Positions 57,659 through 64,000 of a stretch of 64,000 nt of DNA are shown here, in pieces. The stretch covers positions 172-64,171 of the forward strand of contig JAICMO010000002.1 in NCBI GenBank assembly GCA_025929185.1, in the 5' to 3' direction. Source of the stretch: Pseudolabrys sp. (lineage in GTDB: Bacteria; Pseudomonadota; Alphaproteobacteria; Rhizobiales; Xanthobacteraceae). The notes beneath the pieces are model-generated. The model was not told the DNA's origin and ran no database searches. It worked only from the letters and a program-made list of their open reading frames with translations. The position numbers and the translations under genes were made by a program. The stretch's first letter is position 1. Each line of letters begins with the position of its first letter.

Positions 57659-58554
57659 ACGCGAATGGCGTGCGTATTGACGACACTTTTGCCGAAGCGT
57701 TCGCCATGCGGGCGACGGCAGTAATCATCACCGCACCTGCGGTGCGCTGGGCACGGCAAGCCGCACAAACGATGACGGGCTTTGCCACCTCCATCATCGG
57801 CTGCGGCTGCGAAGCGGGCATCGATTGCGAGATTGCAGCAGACGCGACACCGGATGGCCGGCCCGGCGTGCGCGTACTGCTCTTCGCGGTTTCCACCACC
57901 GAGCTGCAAAAGCAGCTGCAAAACCGCGTCGGCCAATGCGTGCTCACGAGTCCCGGCTCGGCGTGCTACGCCGGCCTTGAGGCTGAAGAAGAACTGAAGC
58001 TCGGAAATGCTCTGCGCTTCTTCGGCGACGGGTGGCAAATCTCGAAGCGGTTCGGTGACAAGCGCTACTGGCGCGTGCCGGTGATGGATGGCGAATTTGT
58101 CTGCGAAGCAACGACCGGCCTGACAAAGAGCGCGGTCGGCGGTGGCAACATCGTCCTCATGGGCGCCGATGCCCAAAAAACGCTTGTTGCGGCGGAAGCC
58201 GCGGTGGCGTCGATTGCGGCAGTGCCGGACGTGATCGTCCCCTTCCCCGGCGGCATCGCGCGTTCCGGCTCAAAGGTCGGCTCGAAATACAAAGGCGCGG
58301 CGGCATCGACGAACGACGCTTATTGCCCGACGCTCAAGGGATGCGGACGGAGCGAACTCGATGCCGATATCGGATCGGTGCTCGAAATTGTCATCGATGG
58401 CCTGACGCCCGCATCCGTCGCCGCCGCCATGCGCGCGGGTATCGCTGCCACCGTGGCGCTCGGACCCGAACGCGGCATCTTGCGCATCGGCGCAGGAAAC
58501 TATGGTGGCAAGCTCGGGCCGCACCATTTCCATCTCAAGGATCTTGTGCCGTGA
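57646..58554 (+). CDS. fhcD: Formylmethanofuran:tetrahydromethanopterin N-formyltransferase (Ftr; Fhc subunit D)
   Basis: 302 aa. The opening IDDTFAEAFAMRATAVIITA and the later blocks GRPGVRVLLF, RYWRVPVMDGEF, PFPGGIARSGSKVGSKY and CPTLK are typical of Ftr. It overlaps fhcA by 13 nt. Confidence 0.88.
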   Translation: MPQLNANGVRIDDTFAEAFAMRATAVIITAPAVRWARQAAQTMTGFATSIIGCGCEAGIDCEIAADATPDGRPGVRVLLFAVSTTELQKQLQNRVGQCVLTSPGSACYAGLEAEEELKLGNALRFFGDGWQISKRFGDKRYWRVPVMDGEFVCEATTGLTKSAVGGGNIVLMGADAQKTLVAAEAAVASIAAVPDVIVPFPGGIARSGSKVGSKYKGAAASTNDAYCPTLKGCGRSELDADIGSVLEIVIDGLTPASVAAAMRAGIAATVALGPERGILRIGAGNYGGKLGPHHFHLKDLVP

Positions 58555-59363
58555 CGGCACTCGTCTTCAGCCTGCGGGAGCAGCCGATGCAGCGGCTCGA
58601 TCTTTCGCCGCTCGTGCCGAACCGCCTCGCGAATTTGAGCCCGGCAGAAATCCAGCGCATTGAATTGCAGACGACGCGGCAGCGGCTATGCGTCGGGGAC
58701 GTGTTTCGCGTGCAAATGGGTGACGCCGAGCTTATCCGCTTCGAAGGCGGCCACGAGCGGCTTGATCGCATCGGCTACGGAATGGAGCGTGGAGAAATCC
58801 ATGTTCACGGCGATGTCGGATGTCAGGCAGGGCGCCTGATGAACGGCGGCAAACTCTACATCGCAGGCACCGCCGGTCCTTGGGCCGGTTCCGGCATGAA
58901 AGCCGGACTGATCGAGATTACCGGCAGCGCGGGCGACCGGCTCGGCGGTCCGCTCGCCGGCGAGACGGCCGGCATGCGTGGCGGCGTTGTCATCGTGCGC
59001 AAAGATGCAGGCGAACGCGCAGGCGATCGTCTTCGCCGCGGCATGATCATCATCGAAGGTGACGCCGCCGCTTACGCCGGCAGCCGCATGATTGCGGGCA
59101 CGTTGATCGTTCGCGGACGCGCGGGTCCCCTTCCAGGTTATCTGATGAGCCGTGGTACGATTGTCCTCGCTGAAGGGTCCAATGTGCTATCGCCGACATT
59201 TGCCGACTGTGGCGTGCATGATCTATTGAGCAACGCGTTAATGGCCGCTTTCATCAAGCCGTACAGTTCAGAGCTTGCGGAATTCGTACGAACTCCGTTG
59301 CGCCGGCTGATGGGCGACATGGCCGGTGTCGGAAAAGGCGAAATACTTTATCCACCGGCATGA
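58551..59363 (+). CDS. fhcC: Formyltransferase/hydrolase complex subunit C (FmdC/FwdC-like beta-helix)
   Basis: The GTG at 58551 overlaps the fhcD stop (GTGA). Gly-rich beta-helix repeats are GDVGCQAGRLMNGGKLYIAGTAGPWAGSGMKAGLIEITGSAGDRLGG...GMRGGVVIV. The upstream 76 track codons are discarded. Confidence 0.85.
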   Translation: MTALVFSLREQPMQRLDLSPLVPNRLANLSPAEIQRIELQTTRQRLCVGDVFRVQMGDAELIRFEGGHERLDRIGYGMERGEIHVHGDVGCQAGRLMNGGKLYIAGTAGPWAGSGMKAGLIEITGSAGDRLGGPLAGETAGMRGGVVIVRKDAGERAGDRLRRGMIIIEGDAAAYAGSRMIAGTLIVRGRAGPLPGYLMSRGTIVLAEGSNVLSPTFADCGVHDLLSNALMAAFIKPYSSELAEFVRTPLRRLMGDMAGVGKGEILYPPA

Positions 59364-59425
59364 ACCATGCTCGTCAGACTCGGTTATTGCGAATACAAGG
59401 GGTCGCTTGCGCGGAGATATTCGTT

Positions 59426-59632
59426 ATGGGCTTCCTCGAACTGATCATCACGGTATGCGCAATTGCGCATCCCTCGCTATGTGAGGACCGCCATCTTCAA
59501 TTCTCGTCCGCCGAGTCTTTGAGACAATGCGCTATGCGAGCGCCTCCCTACATCGCGCGCTGGATTGGCGAGCATCCGAAATGGCGGGCTGTCCGCTGGC
59601 ATTGCGAATTTCCCGGCGAACGAAAAACTTGA
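59426..59632 (+). CDS. Small (68 aa) Cys-containing hypothetical protein with hydrophobic N-terminus
   Basis: The ATG at 59426 is preceded by GGAGA at 8 nt (MGFLELIITVCAIAHPSLCEDRHLQF...CAMRAPPYIARWIGEHPKWRAVRWHCEF). The longer track form starts at 59360, overlapping the fhcC stop. I recognise no family. Confidence 0.4.
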   Translation: MGFLELIITVCAIAHPSLCEDRHLQFSSAESLRQCAMRAPPYIARWIGEHPKWRAVRWHCEFPGERKT

Positions 59633-59650
59633 CGATCTGGGCGACGGCCG

Positions 59651-60478
59651 ATGCGAGCTGATGCGCGCGCCAAGCGTGACGCATTGCTCAGCTGCATCGG
59701 CACGCGTCGGCTGGTGATGGGTATCCTGAACGTCACGCCGGATTCATTTTTCGACGGCGGCCGTTTTGAGCATCGCGACCCTGCCCTCGCTCATGCCAAG
59801 CAGATGGTCGCCGACGGCTGCGACATCGTCGATGTCGGGGCCGAGTCGACGCGGCCCGGCGCCATACCGGTCACTGAAGTGGAAGAGGTTGCGCGCCTCG
59901 ATCGGCTACTAGACGAATTGGCGCAACTGAAGGCGCCGCTTTCCATCGACACCACCAAGGCCGCCGTGGCTTCGCGCGCGCTCGCGCTCGGCGCCGTGAT
60001 GGTCAACGATGTGTGGGGACTGCAAAAGGACGAGCGGATGGCCGACACGGTCGCGAACGCCGAGGCCGCGGTCGTCATCATGCACAACAGGAGCGAGAAG
60101 GACGAAACGCTCGATATCATCTCGGATATCCGCCGTTTCTTCGACCGCTCGCTCGCGATTGCCGCGCGGGCAGGAATTCCGAAGCAGCATATTATCCTCG
60201 ATGTCGGCATCGGCTTCGGCAAGACCAGCAGGCAAAATCGCGACGCCATCGTTCGGCTTCCTGAACTCAAGGACTACGGACTGCCGCTGATGGTGGGCGC
60301 ATCCCGCAAGCGGTTTCTCGGCGGGCTGACCGGCGATGGATCAGAGGGCACGTTGGTCGGCACCATTGCGGTCAGCCTCACGGCAGTTTCCGCCGGGGCC
60401 GCAATCGTGCGCGTGCACGATGTCGCCGAACACGTCATCGCGTTGCGCGTGCTTCAGGCATTTCGCGCCCCGCGCTGA
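59651..60478 (+). CDS. folP: Dihydropteroate synthase family protein (FolP-type pterin-binding barrel) at the end of the H4MPT island
   Basis: GILNVTPDSFFDGG, DIVDVGAESTRPG, LSIDTTKA, VNDVWG, ILDVGIGFGKT and SRKRF are classical FolP motifs. Whether it serves folate or methanopterin synthesis cannot be told from the sequence. Confidence 0.85.
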   Translation: MRADARAKRDALLSCIGTRRLVMGILNVTPDSFFDGGRFEHRDPALAHAKQMVADGCDIVDVGAESTRPGAIPVTEVEEVARLDRLLDELAQLKAPLSIDTTKAAVASRALALGAVMVNDVWGLQKDERMADTVANAEAAVVIMHNRSEKDETLDIISDIRRFFDRSLAIAARAGIPKQHIILDVGIGFGKTSRQNRDAIVRLPELKDYGLPLMVGASRKRFLGGLTGDGSEGTLVGTIAVSLTAVSAGAAIVRVHDVAEHVIALRVLQAFRAPR

Positions 60479-60480
60479 GT

Positions 60481-60825
60481 TTACTTCCGACAGTCTGTAA
60501 GTTGCTTCTCCTCGATCGTGAAGACCGCGCCCTCCTTCACGTCGATATTGCGAACGATGCACACGCGTCCGTTCTTGTCGGCGAGCTTGGCATCATAGTG
60601 GCCGGTCTTGATGCCGGTCACGTTCAGTCGCTCATCATGATCGACCGTGCCATCTTTATCGTTCTTGCACTGATCGGAGCCCCATTTCTGCTCGCCGGCC
60701 GGCGACAATTGCAGGCTGGTGATCGTGTAAAGGGTCAAGTTCCAGAAGCGGGTTGGTTTTTTTTGAGCCACCGCTCCAGTGGTGATGAGAACGACGGCAA
60801 TCGATGCGATCGCGAAGGCCCGCAT
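60481..60825 (-). CDS. Small secreted hypothetical protein (114 aa, three Cys)
   Basis: Signal peptide MRAFAIASIAVVLITTGAVA after GGAGGAAA, and a beta-rich mature part. It lies 27 nt downstream of the pentapeptide-repeat gene, so it is probably in the same transcript. Confidence 0.6.
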   Translation of the reverse strand: MRAFAIASIAVVLITTGAVAQKKPTRFWNLTLYTITSLQLSPAGEQKWGSDQCKNDKDGTVDHDERLNVTGIKTGHYDAKLADKNGRVCIVRNIDVKEGAVFTIEEKQLTDCRK

Positions 60826-60852
60826 GTTTTTCCTCCTGCCTTATGCGGCCGC

Positions 60853-61683
60853 CTAGTGCCGCAGGAGCCGGTCGCGATTGAGAGCTTTGTCGAAATTACG
60901 CGCAGCATCAAGGCCGACCGGCGCCACCAGCCGCGCGGAAGCGAGATCCGCGCCGGTGAAATCGGCTCCGGAAACGGTAGCGCCACTCAAATCCGCACCG
61001 CTCAGATCGACACCTCGCAGCGTCGCGCCGGACAAATTGGCGCGATTGAGCGACACGAACGCAAGGTCGGCGCGGGAAAGATCGGCGTCGTGCAGGTCCG
61101 CGCTGTCAAGACGGGCCGATTTTAGAACAGCGTGAACCAATCCCATGGATTGGTTCTTCATATCGGCGGCAAGATTGGCGCCGACCAGCTTGGCCCCTAC
61201 AAGACTAGCACCGGTCAGGTCCGCAACCAGACGCGCGCCGGACAGATCGGCGCCGTCAAGCCGCGCATGCTGCATCTGCGCGGCAAAAATGCTCGCGCCG
61301 CGAAGGCTCGCCCGGCTCATGTCCGCGTCAAGCAGCCATGCCTGATCGAAAACGGCGCGGTCAAGCTTCGCGCCGACGAGCTTGGTCTTGTTGAGTCGCG
61401 CCGCGCGAAAAATGGCTCCGGAGAGGTCGAGACCGGACAGATCGAGCCCGGAGAGTTTCTTGCCGGTGAAATCTGCCGGACGATCGGCGCTCGCAGCAGC
61501 GGCCACGGCGGCGACTTGCGCGCGAGTCATTTCCGCGGTGGTCATTTCGGGGGAATTCAGGTCGATGTAGCGCATCATGTCCTGCGCCGCGACGCGTCCG
61601 ACGCCGAACAGTCCACACAGTATCAACGTTGCGATTGCGATCGCCCTGCCCGCCATGAGGAAGCTCCACACATACCGCGGCAA
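60853..61683 (-). CDS. Secreted pentapeptide-repeat protein
   Basis: A signal/anchor segment RAIAIATLILCGLFGVGRVAA is followed by about 35 tandem A(D/N)LxX pentapeptides (DLSGLDLSGAIFRAARLNKTKLVGAKLDRAVF...). Confidence 0.85.
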   Translation of the reverse strand: MPRYVWSFLMAGRAIAIATLILCGLFGVGRVAAQDMMRYIDLNSPEMTTAEMTRAQVAAVAAAASADRPADFTGKKLSGLDLSGLDLSGAIFRAARLNKTKLVGAKLDRAVFDQAWLLDADMSRASLRGASIFAAQMQHARLDGADLSGARLVADLTGASLVGAKLVGANLAADMKNQSMGLVHAVLKSARLDSADLHDADLSRADLAFVSLNRANLSGATLRGVDLSGADLSGATVSGADFTGADLASARLVAPVGLDAARNFDKALNRDRLLRH

Positions 61684-61727
61684 TTTTTGCGCCCGCAGGC
61701 GGGCAGGCGCAAGCCAGCGCCGGCGCG

Positions 61728-62393
61728 CTATCCGGCCGCCGTAAGATGCTCCACGCAGGCGGGCAATTCCGACATCTTGTCAATCACGCAATCGGCTGCT
61801 GCGTCCTTGAGCTGTCGACCGAGTTGGGCCGCGGCATGACTTGCGCCGACAAAGCCGATGGCCCTCATTCCCGCTGCGCGGGCCGCTCGAATGCCAAGCG
61901 TGGAATCCTCGATAACGATGCAGTCTATCGGCTTCGCCGCGAATGAACAGGCGGCACGTAGAAAGAGGTCGGGCGCGGGCTTTCCGCGCTCGACCTCCTC
62001 GGCACTAAACAAACGATCGTCGAACAAATCAGCGAGGCCGGCGGCATCGAGTGAAAGCTTCAGCCGCTCGCGCGTCGACGATGATGCGACGCAGCGCGGC
62101 CATGGCAGCGCCTCGATGGCTTCGCGCACGCCCTCAACCGGTTTGAGCTCGCAACGAAGCCGTGCCAGCAGCCGCTTGCCCGCTTCTTCCGCCAGGTCGG
62201 CAGGTATGGGCCTCGACAGCAAGGCTTGCGCCGATTGCATGACATCTTGCAGGCGTTTGCCTGCAAAGATTTCAATCGCCTGTTCCGTGGTCATCGGTCG
62301 GCCCAACGCGGTCATCAACGAGGCCAGCTCCGCGTGAGCAAGCAATTCGGAATCCACCAGAACGCCGTCGCAATCGAAAATAAGCAGTGTCAT
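61728..62393 (-). CDS. HAD-superfamily hydrolase (subfamily IA phosphatase/beta-phosphoglucomutase-like)
   Basis: Start at ATG 62393 (MTLLIFDCDGVLVDSE, motif I DxDG). Motif II lies in CVASSS, and the motif III/IV region is GKPAPDLF...IVIEDSTLGIRAARAAGM. Confidence 0.85.
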   Translation of the reverse strand: MTLLIFDCDGVLVDSELLAHAELASLMTALGRPMTTEQAIEIFAGKRLQDVMQSAQALLSRPIPADLAEEAGKRLLARLRCELKPVEGVREAIEALPWPRCVASSSTRERLKLSLDAAGLADLFDDRLFSAEEVERGKPAPDLFLRAACSFAAKPIDCIVIEDSTLGIRAARAAGMRAIGFVGASHAAAQLGRQLKDAAADCVIDKMSELPACVEHLTAAG

Positions 62394-62412
62394 GCGCGAT
62401 GGCCGCAATTCG

Positions 62413-63231
62413 TCATGGGATGAGCGGAGGAGCGAACTCAGCAATTTGTTTTGCGACCTCGGTCCTCATCGTCACAATCTCCCGGTCCGAGCGCGCATCG
62501 CGAGGCGTTGCCAACGGAATCTCCGCGATTATCCTCGCAGGTCGCGGCGAGAGCAGGAAGACGCGGTCGGCAAGGCGTGCAACTTCTTCGAGGTCGTGGC
62601 TGACCAGCAGAGTTGTCAAATAAAGGTCGCGCATCAAGCGCGACAATTGCATGCGCAGCCGCGCCGCAAGCGCCTGGTCGAGCGAGACGAACGGCTCGTC
62701 GAGCAGCAACAGGTCCGGCTTGACGGCAAGCGCCCGCGCAAGAGAAACGCGTCTGGCGAGGCCCAGCGACAATTCTGCCGGAAAGTGTCGGCGGTGCGCG
62801 TCGAGGTCCAGCTCTTTCAGTAACGATGCGAGCGCCTGGTTGCTTAGGTCTGGTGCGACCAGCCGCACGTTCTGCTCAACCGTGCGCCACGGCAGCAGCC
62901 GCGGCTCCTGGAAAACCATAGCGAGCGAGATTGAGTCCGCGCGTCGCACGTTACCCTCGAAATCTTTGTCGAGGTCCGCGATGATCCGCAACAACGTCGT
63001 CTTGCCGCAGCCGGAAGGTCCCACAAAGGCCGCCACCTCGCCACGTTTGAGCGTGAACGCGATATCGCGCAGAACATCGAGCCGTCCGCCCGATGCCGCT
63101 GCGAACGCCTTGCGCTCGATATGGACCTCAAGCTGCTTTGCTTCGCCAGCGGGACGCGCGTCGTTCAATGGGCTGCACCACGACGGTTTCGATCGCGAGA
63201 ATGACGATAACGAATGCGAGCGCATAGGCAA
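62413..63231 (-). CDS. ABC transporter ATP-binding protein (NitT/TauT type)
   Basis: Walker A GPSGCGKTT, signature LSLGLARRVSLARAL and Walker B LLLDEPFVSLD. The start is uncertain: ATG 63231/63225, or TTG 63168. All of these overlap the 3' end of the permease gene. Confidence 0.85.
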   Translation of the reverse strand: MPMRSHSLSSFSRSKPSWCSPLNDARPAGEAKQLEVHIERKAFAAASGGRLDVLRDIAFTLKRGEVAAFVGPSGCGKTTLLRIIADLDKDFEGNVRRADSISLAMVFQEPRLLPWRTVEQNVRLVAPDLSNQALASLLKELDLDAHRRHFPAELSLGLARRVSLARALAVKPDLLLLDEPFVSLDQALAARLRMQLSRLMRDLYLTTLLVSHDLEEVARLADRVFLLSPRPARIIAEIPLATPRDARSDREIVTMRTEVAKQIAEFAPPLIP

Positions 63232-63865
63232 GAATACGCGTTACGTCAAAGAGCTGAAAGGCTGTGCCGATTTCAAAACCGACCCCGTTCGGACGGCCCA
63301 GCAATTCGACAATGAGCACGATTTTCCAGACCAGCGACAAGCCCGAGCGCGCGGCTGCCGCGATATAAGGCGCAAGCTGCGGCAGGATGACGTGCCGCAG
63401 CGATTTCCAACGCGGCAGGCCGTAGACCTTCGCCATCTCGTCGAGGCGCGGATCGAGCGATCGAGCGCCCTCGCGCACGGTCACAATCGTATTGGGCAGC
63501 TTGTTGATCGCGACCGCGAGCACGCCGGCCACTTCCGTGAGTCCGCCCCAGATAAAGGCAAGCACAATGATCACGAGCGCCGGCAGATTGAGCAGCACGA
63601 TCAACCATGGATCGCCAATCGAATCGGCGAGCTTGCTGCGGCCCATGAGAAATCCGAGCGCGGTGCCGCCGACCATGGCAAGCGTGAAGGCCACAAAGAC
63701 CCGCGCCAGCGTCACGCCAACCTGAAAGAACAGCTCGCCGGTGCGCGCCTGCGCGATGATGACGGCCATTACCTTTTCGGGCCCCGGCAGCATCTGCGGA
63801 CCGGCGAACAAAGAGGCGAGCCACCAGATCGCGAAAAACAGGATGAGCGAAACGAGACGGACCAT
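63128..63865 (-). CDS. ABC transporter permease (NitT/TauT type)
   Basis: Six-TM profile with the EAA-like loop REGARSLDPRLDEMAKVYGLPRWKSLRHVILPQLAP. The start lies 5 nt after the stop of the upstream partial gene. Confidence 0.85.
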   Translation of the reverse strand: MVRLVSLILFFAIWWLASLFAGPQMLPGPEKVMAVIIAQARTGELFFQVGVTLARVFVAFTLAMVGGTALGFLMGRSKLADSIGDPWLIVLLNLPALVIIVLAFIWGGLTEVAGVLAVAINKLPNTIVTVREGARSLDPRLDEMAKVYGLPRWKSLRHVILPQLAPYIAAAARSGLSLVWKIVLIVELLGRPNGVGFEIGTAFQLFDVTRILAYALAFVIVILAIETVVVQPIERRASRWRSKAA

Positions 63866-63870
63866 CTGAT

Positions 63871-64000
63871 CAGTTGGAATCCGCCGGACGATAGAAGGTT
63901 CCAGGCGCCAGCTCCTTGCCCTGCCCTACCAGCGCTGCGCCGCCGAGATTCGCAAGAACGCGATAGAGCACGCGCGCGTCCTTTTCCTCCGCATCGATCG
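63871..64000 (-). CDS. 3' end of an upstream gene, probably the cognate substrate-binding protein (cut by window edge)
   Basis: Hand translation of the minus strand gives ...IDAEEKDARVLYRVLANLGGAALVGQGKELAPGTFYRPADSN*, with the stop at 63871-63873. The call rests on operon position only. Confidence 0.35.

Overview
This is a GC-rich, gene-dense bacterial chromosomal window. From gene content it looks like an alphaproteobacterium (Hyphomicrobiales-like) capable of methylotrophy; the taxonomy is inference only. I saw no rRNA, tRNA, CRISPR array, transposase or integrase. Layout: (1) 1-5.0 kb holds two tandem multi-receiver sensor kinases. (2) 5.2-14.4 kb is a MarR-associated catabolic-looking block with a CocE/NonD hydrolase, an orphan Bug/TctC binding protein, an alpha/beta hydrolase, a TRZ/ATZ-type amidohydrolase, a NitT/TauT-type ABC importer and RidA. 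(3) 14.5-28.7 kb is a visibly lower-GC Wzx/Wzy-type polysaccharide island: flippase-like protein, methyltransferase, GumK-like GT, polymerase-like protein, secreted GH5, a GT4-GT26 fusion, a Wzc-type tyrosine autokinase, a beta-barrel, a short OPX and a priming sugar transferase. (4) 28.8-34.2 kb is a GT4 / ABC exporter / amylo-alpha-1,6-glucosidase-family module. (5) 34.2-38.8 kb holds a PRC-barrel::MFS pair and a DUF1236 protein behind EcfG-like promoter motifs, then pyrC and two orphan ORFs. (6) 38.9-43.9 kb is a tightly coupled acyltransferase-3 / DevC-DevA-like ABC / esterase operon, followed by an SLT-SPOR lytic transglycosylase. This is my best candidate for an undescribed envelope-modification system. 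(7) 44-46 kb has DUF2147, a beta-barrel and a 25-codon pqqA that the ORF track missed, with its own promoter and terminator. (8) 46.1-60.5 kb is a complete tetrahydromethanopterin (H4MPT) formaldehyde-oxidation island: fae, mtdB, mch, fhcBADC, mptG and cofactor-biosynthesis homologues. (9) 60.5-64 kb has secreted small proteins, a HAD hydrolase and a second NitT/TauT-type ABC importer. All family calls come from reading the translations and from motif memory; no searches were run. Start codons are my best guess and may be off by tens of codons.
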